A stretch of 64,000 nt of DNA from an uncultured Eubacteriales bacterium (lineage in GTDB: Bacteria > Bacillota > Clostridia > Christensenellales > UBA1242): contig CAOQRA010000002.1 in the NCBI GenBank assembly GCA_948512295.1, positions 25,877-89,876 of the forward strand, read 5' to 3'. The position numbers and the translations under genes were made by a program. Below, in pieces: positions 23,137-30,926 of this stretch. Position 1 is the first letter of the stretch, and each line of letters starts with the position of its first letter. Below the pieces are notes generated by a model that had not been told where the DNA came from, did not search any database, and worked only from the letters and a program-made list of their open reading frames with translations.

Positions 23137-25107
23137 ATGGGAATATTTGACCAAATAAAGAGTGCTGTGTCGGTAAAAGAAATCGTGGAAATGTACCATG
23201 CACCACTGAACAGAAACAACAAGGTCTGCTGCCCATTTCACCAAGAGAAAACTGCAAGCCTTAGCATTGACATAAATCAAAACATGTGGAAATGCTTTGG
23301 CTGTGGACTTGGTGGTGATGGCATAAGGTTTGTTGCGAAGCTCAAAGGAATAGAAGACATAGATGCAGCGAAGATGATAATCCAAGATTTCCACCTCAAC
23401 ATTGACTATGAAAGTGAATCGTCAAAAACACCACAAGGCGAAATGCGAAACTATATCAGAGAATGCCAAAAGCATGTTGAAGAAACAAACTACTTTGAAC
23501 AGCGAGGCTTGGCAAGCACGACTATCAAAGAGTTTGGGCTAGGCTACGATCCTAAGGACAAATCGGTTGTGATTCCTTATTCGCCAAGCATGGTGTACTA
23601 TCAAAAAAGATTTGTAAAAGACAAGAGATTCTATAAACCGGACAGCGAAAAATACGGACACGAGCCAATCTGGCATCCAGAGAATTTGGAGTTGAAAGAC
23701 AAAACTCCGGTCTTCATTGTGGAGAGTCCGATTTGTGCCATGAGTATAGCTCAATACGGTGGGAAAGCCGTGGCATTATGCGGAACAAGCAATGTGAGCC
23801 GATTTGCGGACTTTGTTGCCACGAAAAAGCCACATGGCACACTTGTCATCTGTATGGACAATGATGAGCCGGGAAAGAAAGCAGAAAAGGAACTTGTTGC
23901 AAGATTCAAGGCAATGAAGCAAAAGCACATTGTCTATAACATTGCCGGGGAGTGCAAAGATCCAAACGAACTATTGCTGAAGAGTGCCAACAAACTGTGC
24001 AAGAACATAGCACTAGCCAAGAAAGAAGCAATCCTAAACAGCAGAGAGCGAGAAGACATTATAAGCCTTGAAGCTCTGTGCAACCTTGGAGTAAAGCCGA
24101 AAGAATTCATTGTCGAAAACATGATTCCGGAAGATGCACTTTGTGTGCTGGCGGCAGCGAGCAAGGTTGGAAAATCTTGGTTTGTGTTGCAACTCGCCAT
24201 TGCCATAATCTGCGGAGAAACATTCCTTGAAGAGCAAACGCATCCATGCTCGGTGCTTTATTATGCACTCGAAGACAGCGACTCACGAATGGTGTATCGA
24301 AAGAATAAGTTGACAAATGGAAAAGAGATTCCAAAGAATTTGTACATCAAGATGGAAACAAAGACTTTCGACACTGGACTGCTTGATGAAATTGAATACT
24401 ATCAGAACAAAATTCCAAATCTAAAACTTGTTATCATCGACACATTGCAAATGGTTCGTGGTACACCAAGACGAAACGAGGGAGCCTACGCATTCGACTA
24501 CAGAGAAATGTCGGTTTTGCGAAAGTTCTGTGCAAACAACAAAATAACAATTTTATTGGTGCATCACAGCAGAAAGCAAGAAGATGACGGCGACACATTC
24601 AACATGATAAGTGGCTCAAACGGCATCATGGGTGCAAGCGATGCAGCTTTGTTTATTAACCGCAAAAAAAGAATGGACGAAAACGAACCATTCAAAATGT
24701 CTCAAACTGGGCGTGATGTCAAACAGAGCGAAAGGCTCATTGAGAGAAACGAAGACGGACATTGGAGCAAGGTTGCCAACGCAGAAGAGAAAGCAAGAAA
24801 ACAAGAAGAGCAAGCATTCAACAACAGCAAGGTTGTGCAGCTCATTTTAGCACTCATGAAAAAGCAACCAAGTGGTTGGAGCGGAACAACAAGGGAATTT
24901 GTCAAAGAAGGCATCAATTTATTCAACGAACACATTGGAACAGAGTCCGAAGTTGGCAAAGAGATAAACCGCATTGAGTTGGAACTATTGAGAAAACACA
25001 GGATAAATCATGAATGGAAACGCAGTAGCGGTGGAAATCGCCACTTTTTCAAGCCAAGCAGTCCGCCATCACTGTTTAATTACCATGGAGAAGATGACGA
25101 CAACTAA
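23137..25107 (+). CDS. Bifunctional DNA primase / RepA-like P-loop helicase
   Basis: CHC2 zinc finger (CCPFHQEKTASLSI...WKCFGCGLGGD), Toprim (VFIVESPICAMS...DNDEPG), and a C-terminal AAA_25-like Walker A AAASKVGKSW. Confidence 0.9.
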   Translation: MGIFDQIKSAVSVKEIVEMYHAPLNRNNKVCCPFHQEKTASLSIDINQNMWKCFGCGLGGDGIRFVAKLKGIEDIDAAKMIIQDFHLNIDYESESSKTPQGEMRNYIRECQKHVEETNYFEQRGLASTTIKEFGLGYDPKDKSVVIPYSPSMVYYQKRFVKDKRFYKPDSEKYGHEPIWHPENLELKDKTPVFIVESPICAMSIAQYGGKAVALCGTSNVSRFADFVATKKPHGTLVICMDNDEPGKKAEKELVARFKAMKQKHIVYNIAGECKDPNELLLKSANKLCKNIALAKKEAILNSREREDIISLEALCNLGVKPKEFIVENMIPEDALCVLAAASKVGKSWFVLQLAIAIICGETFLEEQTHPCSVLYYALEDSDSRMVYRKNKLTNGKEIPKNLYIKMETKTFDTGLLDEIEYYQNKIPNLKLVIIDTLQMVRGTPRRNEGAYAFDYREMSVLRKFCANNKITILLVHHSRKQEDDGDTFNMISGSNGIMGASDAALFINRKKRMDENEPFKMSQTGRDVKQSERLIERNEDGHWSKVANAEEKARKQEEQAFNNSKVVQLILALMKKQPSGWSGTTREFVKEGINLFNEHIGTESEVGKEINRIELELLRKHRINHEWKRSSGGNRHFFKPSSPPSLFNYHGEDDDN

Positions 25108-25124
25108 ATTGGTGGCAGAAAAAG

Positions 25125-25224
25125 CACCTACACACCATACACACCATACACTAAAAAATTGCTACCGACACTATTTAACATAATATTCATAAGATACACA
25201 AAAGTGTAGGGAGTGTATGTAGTG
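25125..25224. repeat. Cluster of (C/A)TACAC motifs in both orientations
   Basis: Tandem CACACCATA x2 (25131-25148). TACAC-AAAA-GTGTA palindrome (25195-25208). GTGTAGG/GTGTATG on the right side, with an AT-rich centre. Confidence 0.6.
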
Positions 25225-25256
25225 CAAGGACATTTATTGCCACAAAAGGAGAATAA

Positions 25257-25538
25257 ATGAAAGAGCAAGATTTGGTTGACAAGATAAAAGCCTACCTTAG
25301 CAAACAGCCGAATACATTCCACTGGAAAGAACACGGTGGAGTTTATGGAACTGCTGGAATCCCAGACATAATTGTTTGCTATAAAGGCAAATTTGTAGGA
25401 CTTGAATGTAAAGCAAAAGGAAGAAAGCCAACAGTTCTCCAGCAGATAACAATCAATAAAATAAACCGTGCTGGTGGAATCGCCAAGGTTGTTTATGATT
25501 TGGAAGAAGTCAAAGAGTTATTGAAAAATCTTGATTAA
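25257..25538 (+). CDS. VRR-NUC domain nuclease
   Basis: GIPDIIVCYKGKFVGLECKAKGRKPTVLQQ matches the VRR-NUC catalytic core. Confidence 0.85.
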   Translation: MKEQDLVDKIKAYLSKQPNTFHWKEHGGVYGTAGIPDIIVCYKGKFVGLECKAKGRKPTVLQQITINKINRAGGIAKVVYDLEEVKELLKNLD

Positions 25539-25546
25539 AAGGAGAA

Positions 25547-26068
25547 TTGCGAGTGGAAGAATACTTATTGCACAAAGTGGTCTTTACCGAAGAAGCGATT
25601 TTCGATTATGAGCATTGCCTTGTAAAGCAAAAGTATGAACTAGACGAAACTGACACCGACTGGCGAATTGAAAGCAAGTTCGACCTTCCACTCGTGAAAC
25701 TTCCAAAGCGAGAGATGAAAGCAGAAATTGAAGAGTTTATTCAAACCAATAAAAGTAAACAACACAAACTTTATTTTTACACAAAGATTTTTGACGAACA
25801 ACTCCAAAAGATGCTCATGTTGTTTATAAAAAAGGGGAGCAGACAGTCAATCATGCAGAACTGGATCGTTATTGGAATTTGCGAAGCTGACGATTGGTGT
25901 GAAGAATTGGAATTTGCTGGAATGATTCGAAACTGGACAAAAACAAGCATAACAGACCTACCGGAAGACGACTGGGTGGAAGAAGAACGCATAAGAAAAG
26001 AAATCGAAGAAAAGGAGCGATTGAAAGAAGAAAAGGAGCGAGAATACTATGAAAGATTATTTGCTTGA
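25547..26068 (+). CDS. Hypothetical protein with an acidic/E-rich tail
   Basis: ORF with a GGAG RBS; non-ATG start according to the track. Confidence 0.5.
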   Translation: MRVEEYLLHKVVFTEEAIFDYEHCLVKQKYELDETDTDWRIESKFDLPLVKLPKREMKAEIEEFIQTNKSKQHKLYFYTKIFDEQLQKMLMLFIKKGSRQSIMQNWIVIGICEADDWCEELEFAGMIRNWTKTSITDLPEDDWVEEERIRKEIEEKERLKEEKEREYYERLFA

Positions 26069-26369
26069 TTTATTAAACAACCAAAAACGATACGAAGCGA
26101 AAATTGAAGTGCTGAAAAATCATCAATGCATGTTCTTCGACCAAGACGAGTTTGAAATCTACATGAAGATAGAGCAAGACCTTCTGCATATGAAATACTG
26201 CATCGACAGATTATCACCAAACAGCAAGGAAATAATTGTAAACTTGTACGACAAAGGTTTTTCACTTAAACAATTGAGCATGGCAATGCACCTATGCAAG
26301 TCAGCAGTTTTTAATAGAAAAGAGGTCGCAATAAGGGAATTGAGAACATTATTTGGTAAAAATTATTAA
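26049..26369 (+). CDS. Sigma-70 region-4-like / ArpU-type phage late transcription regulator
   Basis: LSPNSKEIIVNLYDKGFSLKQLSMAMHLCKSAVFNRKEVAIRELR resembles a region 4 HTH. Lies just before the packaging genes. Confidence 0.6.
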   Translation: MKDYLLDLLNNQKRYEAKIEVLKNHQCMFFDQDEFEIYMKIEQDLLHMKYCIDRLSPNSKEIIVNLYDKGFSLKQLSMAMHLCKSAVFNRKEVAIRELRTLFGKNY

Positions 26370-26478
26370 AAATGTGAACGAAACACTTTCAAAACTGCAC
26401 GAAATACTTTCAAAAACCCACAATAATAGAAAGTGAACGGCAAGCGAGAGCGAAAAAGCCTTGAAAGGAGAAAGTGGA

Positions 26479-26844
26479 ATGCCTAGAAAACCACCACACC
26501 CATGTGGAAGAAACGGATGCGGAGAACTGACATACGAGAGATTTTGCAAGAAACATCAGTCGGAAGCAAATGCAAACTACGACAAGTACGAGCGAGATAA
26601 AGAAATGAAACGATTCTATAATTCACCAGCGTGGGTTGCACTCAAAAAGAGAAAACTCAGCATAGACCCATTCTGTGAATTATGCAAGAAGAGTGGAACT
26701 CTCGTGAAGGCGACAGCCGTAGACCACATACAAGAAATAAAACAAGGTGGCAGCCGGTTAGACATCAACAATCTGCAAAGCCTTTGCTGGTCTTGCCACA
26801 GTCGAAAGACAATCCAAGAACGGAACAAGAGCAAGGCAAGGTAG
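26479..26844 (+). CDS. HNH endonuclease (packaging-associated)
   Basis: CELCKKSG...VDHIQEIKQGG...NLQSLCWSCHSRKT. Position upstream of terS is typical of HK97-like cos phages. Confidence 0.85.
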   Translation: MPRKPPHPCGRNGCGELTYERFCKKHQSEANANYDKYERDKEMKRFYNSPAWVALKKRKLSIDPFCELCKKSGTLVKATAVDHIQEIKQGGSRLDINNLQSLCWSCHSRKTIQERNKSKAR

Positions 26845-26910
26845 GGGGTGTCAAATCTCTACAATAAACGAAAGGAAGACCGAGGCGGAAGTCTCACACG
26901 AATTTTCGCA

Positions 26911-27040
26911 AAATCAAAAATCAAATAATGAAAAATCAAAAATCGAGCGAAATTGCTCGTTTTTTTATGGAAATTTTCAAAAAACAGATAAAAAAATCAA
27001 ATTTGATTTTGCGACAAGAAGAAAAAATCAAAAAATCAAA
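26911..27040. repeat. AAATCAAA octamer array (cos-proximal)
   Basis: Copies at 26911, 26919 (7-mer), 26933, 26994, 27025 and 27033, plus an inverted copy at 27002. Together these form the perfect palindrome AAATCAAATTTGATTT (26994-27009). A weak hairpin CGAGC/GCTCG+T7 lies at 26944-26966. Confidence 0.75.
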
Positions 27041-27055
27041 AAAGGAGAATTTTAT

Positions 27056-27544
27056 ATGCCAAGCGGTGGATACAGAGCGGGTGCTGGACGCCCCAAAAAG
27101 AGTGCAACAGAAAAAGTTTTGGAAGGAAACCTTGGGAAAAGAAAAATTGAAGTTGTTGACTTCTCAGATGCAGAAGAACTGCCAGCAACACCAGCGAAAT
27201 GGTTGAGTGATAAAGGCAAAGAAATGTACAAGTTCGTTTATGAGTGGCTACAAAAGATTGGTTGCTTAAAAGGAATATTGCCTTGCCATTTGGAAGAATA
27301 CGCACACTGCAAATCTCGCTGGCTAGAATGTGAAGAGCAAAACAGCAGAATCGGTTTAATCGTAAAAGACCAACATGGAAACCCGGCACCTTCGCCATTC
27401 GTTGGACTGGCTCACAATTATCTCAAACAAGCAAATGATGCGTGGGCAAAGATTTACGCAGTGGTGAGAGAAACAAAACTCAAAGAGTGGGATGACTCAA
27501 ATCCAAATGACGACGTCATGGAAAAACTGCTTGGGGGAAAGTGA
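27056..27544 (+). CDS. terS: Terminase small subunit (P27 family)
   Basis: MPSGGYRAGAGRPKKS N-terminus and ...HCKSRWLECEEQ core are typical of P27-type TerS. AAGGAG RBS. Confidence 0.85.
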   Translation: MPSGGYRAGAGRPKKSATEKVLEGNLGKRKIEVVDFSDAEELPATPAKWLSDKGKEMYKFVYEWLQKIGCLKGILPCHLEEYAHCKSRWLECEEQNSRIGLIVKDQHGNPAPSPFVGLAHNYLKQANDAWAKIYAVVRETKLKEWDDSNPNDDVMEKLLGGK

Positions 27545-29106
27545 TGTTAAGGGTTATTGAATTATTCAGTGGCGTAGGAAGTCAAACACAAGCATTGAAG
27601 AACATTGGTGTGGAACACAAGGTCGTTGCAATTTGTGACAACGACAAATTTGCAGACATGACATACCGAGCATTGCACGATGCAGATGTGGTAAACCTTG
27701 GCGACATAAGGAAAGTGGAAGAGTTGCCGGAAGCGGACTTGTGGACTTACTCATTCCCTTGCCAAGACATAAGCGTTGCCGGAAATCAAAAAGGCTTTGA
27801 CAAGGACAGCAATACAAGAAGCGGACTGCTTTGGGAAGTGGAGCGACTGCTACTACGAGCCAAGGAAAAAGGAACTTTACCCAAATACCTACTGTTGGAA
27901 AATGTGAAAAACTTAGTAGGAATAAGGCACAAAGCGAACTACGAAAAGTGGCTCGCTTTTTTACATGATTTAGGCTATACAACATTTTGGAAAGTGCTGA
28001 ATGCCAAAGATTATGGAATCCCACAAAACAGAGAAAGAGTGTTTGCAATCAGCATACTTGGAGAATGTGAGAGATATGAATTTCCTAAACCAATGAAACT
28101 TGAAACAAGGCTCAAAGATGTGCTGGAAGACGAAGTCGACAAAAAATACTATTTGAAAGAATCGACAATGCGGAGCATGCTGACAAGCAGTTTCAAAAAC
28201 AGAAAGAACTCTGTGTACACACCGGATGCAAGCCACACTGGTGCATTGCTGAGCAGAGATTACAAAGAGCCAAAATGCGTTGTGGTTGGAAACATTGAAC
28301 AGGGCAAGTGGGGAAAAGTCACTGAGATGCATCAGAGAGTTTATAGTCCAGAAGGAATTGCACCAACCATCACAGCACAAGGTGGCGGAAATCAAGAAAA
28401 GAAAATCGTTGTGGATGACGAACCGAAAGCACAAGTTGTTGGAATGATGGAAGGCGGCAAGTGGGATAGGGTTTATAATCTCAGCCGTTGCGTTTACGAT
28501 CCAGAGGGCATTGCACCGACACTGGTGGCAGCAGCTGGAGAGGGCGGAAACAACACAAAGAAAATCATTGTTGATGACTTATATGCAAACAGAGAAAAGC
28601 GAACATACGAAGAAGTTGCTCCAACACTAAGGGGCGAAAGACACGGATTAAAGGTTGTGGCACTTCGTGGCAGACCGCCGGAAGATGGACACAAGAACCT
28701 AGAACAACAAGCCGAAATACGAAAAGATTACCTAACAAACACTATCACAACCGTGCAAAAAGACAATTTAATTTTGCAGGTGAAGTCTGGAAGAAAGAAA
28801 GGATACGAAGAAGCAACGGATGGAGATTCCATAAACCTTGCGTTTCCGAATAGCAAAACACGAAGAGGGAGAGTTGGAAAACAGATTTCTAACACGATTG
28901 ACACCGGTTGTCAGCAAGGGGTTTTGTTAAATTGCACCATAAGAAAACTAACACCAACCGAATGTTGGCGACTTATGGGGTGGAAAGACGAGCAGATAAA
29001 CAAGGTAAAACAAGCCGGAATAAGCAATTCCCAAATGTATAAACAAGCCGGTAATGGAATTGTTGTGGCGGTTTTGGAAGCTATATTCCGGAATTTGCCC
29101 ATTTGA
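27541..29106 (+). CDS. DNA (cytosine-5)-methyltransferase with a duplicated variable region
   Basis: Motif I ELFSGVGSQ, motif IV FPCQDIS, motif VI ENV, motif VIII QNRERVF, C-terminal GNG. At 521 aa it is larger than typical enzymes. Confidence 0.9.
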   Translation: MMLRVIELFSGVGSQTQALKNIGVEHKVVAICDNDKFADMTYRALHDADVVNLGDIRKVEELPEADLWTYSFPCQDISVAGNQKGFDKDSNTRSGLLWEVERLLLRAKEKGTLPKYLLLENVKNLVGIRHKANYEKWLAFLHDLGYTTFWKVLNAKDYGIPQNRERVFAISILGECERYEFPKPMKLETRLKDVLEDEVDKKYYLKESTMRSMLTSSFKNRKNSVYTPDASHTGALLSRDYKEPKCVVVGNIEQGKWGKVTEMHQRVYSPEGIAPTITAQGGGNQEKKIVVDDEPKAQVVGMMEGGKWDRVYNLSRCVYDPEGIAPTLVAAAGEGGNNTKKIIVDDLYANREKRTYEEVAPTLRGERHGLKVVALRGRPPEDGHKNLEQQAEIRKDYLTNTITTVQKDNLILQVKSGRKKGYEEATDGDSINLAFPNSKTRRGRVGKQISNTIDTGCQQGVLLNCTIRKLTPTECWRLMGWKDEQINKVKQAGISNSQMYKQAGNGIVVAVLEAIFRNLPI

Positions 29107-29142
29107 CGAAAAAAAGTTGGAAATTTTGTGTTTTTCTTTCGA

Positions 29143-29173
29143 TTTTCTCTGGACTTTCAAAGTTGTTTGCGGC
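29143..29173 (+). promoter_or_regulatory. Conserved cassette-boundary element, copy 1 (TTTTCTCTGGACTT-N9-TTTGCGGC)
   Basis: Same bipartite motif and spacing as 33925-33955 and 51702-51732. Lies 38 nt upstream of ATG 29211. Confidence 0.5.
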
Positions 29174-29210
29174 ATTGTTTGCTTAACCTAAGAAAAGGAG
29201 AGGTTAAGCA

Positions 29211-30080
29211 ATGAAAAATCAAAAATTTGGAATCGAAATCGAATTCACAGGGATGACAAGACTGCAAGCAGCAAGAGTCATCGCAAAGCAGCTCGGAACA
29301 ACAGAACGCTTTGATGGGGGAACATACGATGCATACAGCGTAACCGACAACACCAACAGAAAATGGAAAATAGTCAGCGATGCAAGCATACAAGCCACTG
29401 GCGGACTAAACACAAGGTGCGAGCTGGTTAGTCCAATATGCGATTACAAGGACATTGAAACAATACAAGAAATCGTTCGACAACTCAGAGAAAATGGAAT
29501 GAAAGTAAACTCAAGCACTGGAATACACATTCACATAGATGCCAGCACTCACACAGCACAGAGTCTGAAAAACCTTGCAAACATCATGGCAAGCAAAGAA
29601 GACTTGCTGTTCGAAGCTCTGGAAGTAAACCGTGAAAGATTGGAAAGATGGTGCAAGAAGGTGGACGGAAACTTCCTTGATAGAATCAACAAAGGACGAA
29701 AAAAGGAAATGAAAGACATACGAAAAATATGGTACAACGGACGCGATGAAGCCCACATGCATTATAGCGATACAAGATACAGAGCATTGAACTTGCACTC
29801 AGTATGGCAAAAAGGAACAGTGGAATTCAGATGCTTTAACAGCACAACACATGCTGGAAAAATCAAAGCATACATTCAATTATGCTTAGCAATCAGCCAC
29901 CAAGCAAAAATACAAGCTGGGGCAACAAGAAGACACACAGAAACAACAAACCACAAATACACATTCAGAACATGGTTATTAAGACTTGGCATGATAGGTG
30001 AAGAATTCAAGACTGCAAGATTACACTTGCTGAAAAACCTTGATGGAAACATAGCATGGCGAAATAGGGAGGTGGCATAA
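29211..30080 (+). CDS. Amidoligase-family enzyme (glutamine-synthetase-like fold)
   Basis: N-terminal KFGIEIEFTG and GIHIHID motifs are typical of the phage/plasmid 'putative amidoligase' family. Confidence 0.7.
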   Translation: MKNQKFGIEIEFTGMTRLQAARVIAKQLGTTERFDGGTYDAYSVTDNTNRKWKIVSDASIQATGGLNTRCELVSPICDYKDIETIQEIVRQLRENGMKVNSSTGIHIHIDASTHTAQSLKNLANIMASKEDLLFEALEVNRERLERWCKKVDGNFLDRINKGRKKEMKDIRKIWYNGRDEAHMHYSDTRYRALNLHSVWQKGTVEFRCFNSTTHAGKIKAYIQLCLAISHQAKIQAGATRRHTETTNHKYTFRTWLLRLGMIGEEFKTARLHLLKNLDGNIAWRNREVA

Positions 30081-30081
30081 C

Positions 30082-30510
30082 ATGAAAAAATTGTATATAG
30101 CATACGGCAGTAACTTAAACTTAGAACAGATGGCAAGGCGTTGTCCGACAGCAAGAGTTGTCGGAACAACCATGCTGGAAGATTATCAATTGACATTCAG
30201 AAGAGTGGCAACGATAGAACCGCAAAAAGGATCGTGCGTACCAGTTGCGGTTTGGGAAATTGATAAACCAAGTGAAATTGCATTGGACAGATATGAAGGC
30301 TACCCAAGACTATACCGCAAGGAATACTTGGACATAGAAATAAACGGAGAGAGAAAGCAAGCACTGGTGTATATCATGAACCTAGGCGAACCGCAGTATC
30401 CGGATTCATATTATTATGGTGTGATTTTGCAAGGATATCATGATGTCGGACTTGACATAACACACCTTGAAAACGCACTCAAAGACACCGAAAGGAGAAT
30501 GAGAAAATGA
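30082..30510 (+). CDS. Gamma-glutamylcyclotransferase-like (AIG2/GGACT) protein
   Basis: YIAYGSNLNLEQMARRCP N-terminus and YEGYPRLY motif. Confidence 0.7.
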   Translation: MKKLYIAYGSNLNLEQMARRCPTARVVGTTMLEDYQLTFRRVATIEPQKGSCVPVAVWEIDKPSEIALDRYEGYPRLYRKEYLDIEINGERKQALVYIMNLGEPQYPDSYYYGVILQGYHDVGLDITHLENALKDTERRMRK

Positions 30511-30731
30511 ATGATGAATTTTTCAGTAAGAGAGTTTGTGATAGGTGCGGAAAAGACCTAAGCGGTGGAAGAATTATGTCAATGTACAATGAAGACTGTA
30601 TTTGCATGGAGTGCAAAGACAAAGAAACTAAACGGCCGGACTACAAAGAAACTGCAAAGAGGGATATGGACGAATACTTGAAAAAAAATAAAATAATTGT
30701 CCATTATGGCGAAAAAAAAGATGAAAAATAA
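30507..30731 (+). CDS. Small zinc-ribbon protein
   Basis: CDRCGK...CICMECK pairs; the start overlaps the upstream stop. Confidence 0.6.
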   Translation: MNDEFFSKRVCDRCGKDLSGGRIMSMYNEDCICMECKDKETKRPDYKETAKRDMDEYLKKNKIIVHYGEKKDEK

Positions 30732-30754
30732 AAAAATATGTTATAATGCTTGTA

Positions 30755-30884
30755 TCCATAAAGAGTGCGTGAGTGACTGACACTATGACCGCACAGCAAC
30801 CTACCATACGGAAAGGTGCTAAAGTCAGACTGATGGGAACAATAATGATGCTGAAAATCCTATCGGAAACGATGGGATTTTTTA
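30755..30884 (+). promoter_or_regulatory. SAM-I (S-box) riboswitch with terminator expression platform
   Basis: AAAGAGTGCGTGAGTGACTGACACTATGA...CAGCAACC...AAAGGTGCTAAAGTC follows the S-box consensus. P1 is CCAT(30756)/ATGG(30833). Terminator is AAATCCTATCG-GAAA-CGATGGGATTT+T-run (30855-30884). Alternative antiterminator pairing is GATGGGA(30832-38)/TCCTATC(30858-64). TGtTATAAT promoter at 30739-30747. Confidence 0.75.
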
Positions 30885-30926
30885 TATCTCCTTTATGGAA
30901 ATTTAGAAAATAAAAGGAAAGGAAAA

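Noticed and set aside
26928-27206. 92-aa Lys-rich ORF upstream of and overlapping terS
   Set aside because: It is a translation of the A-rich AAATCAAA repeat array and overlaps the well-supported terS start.
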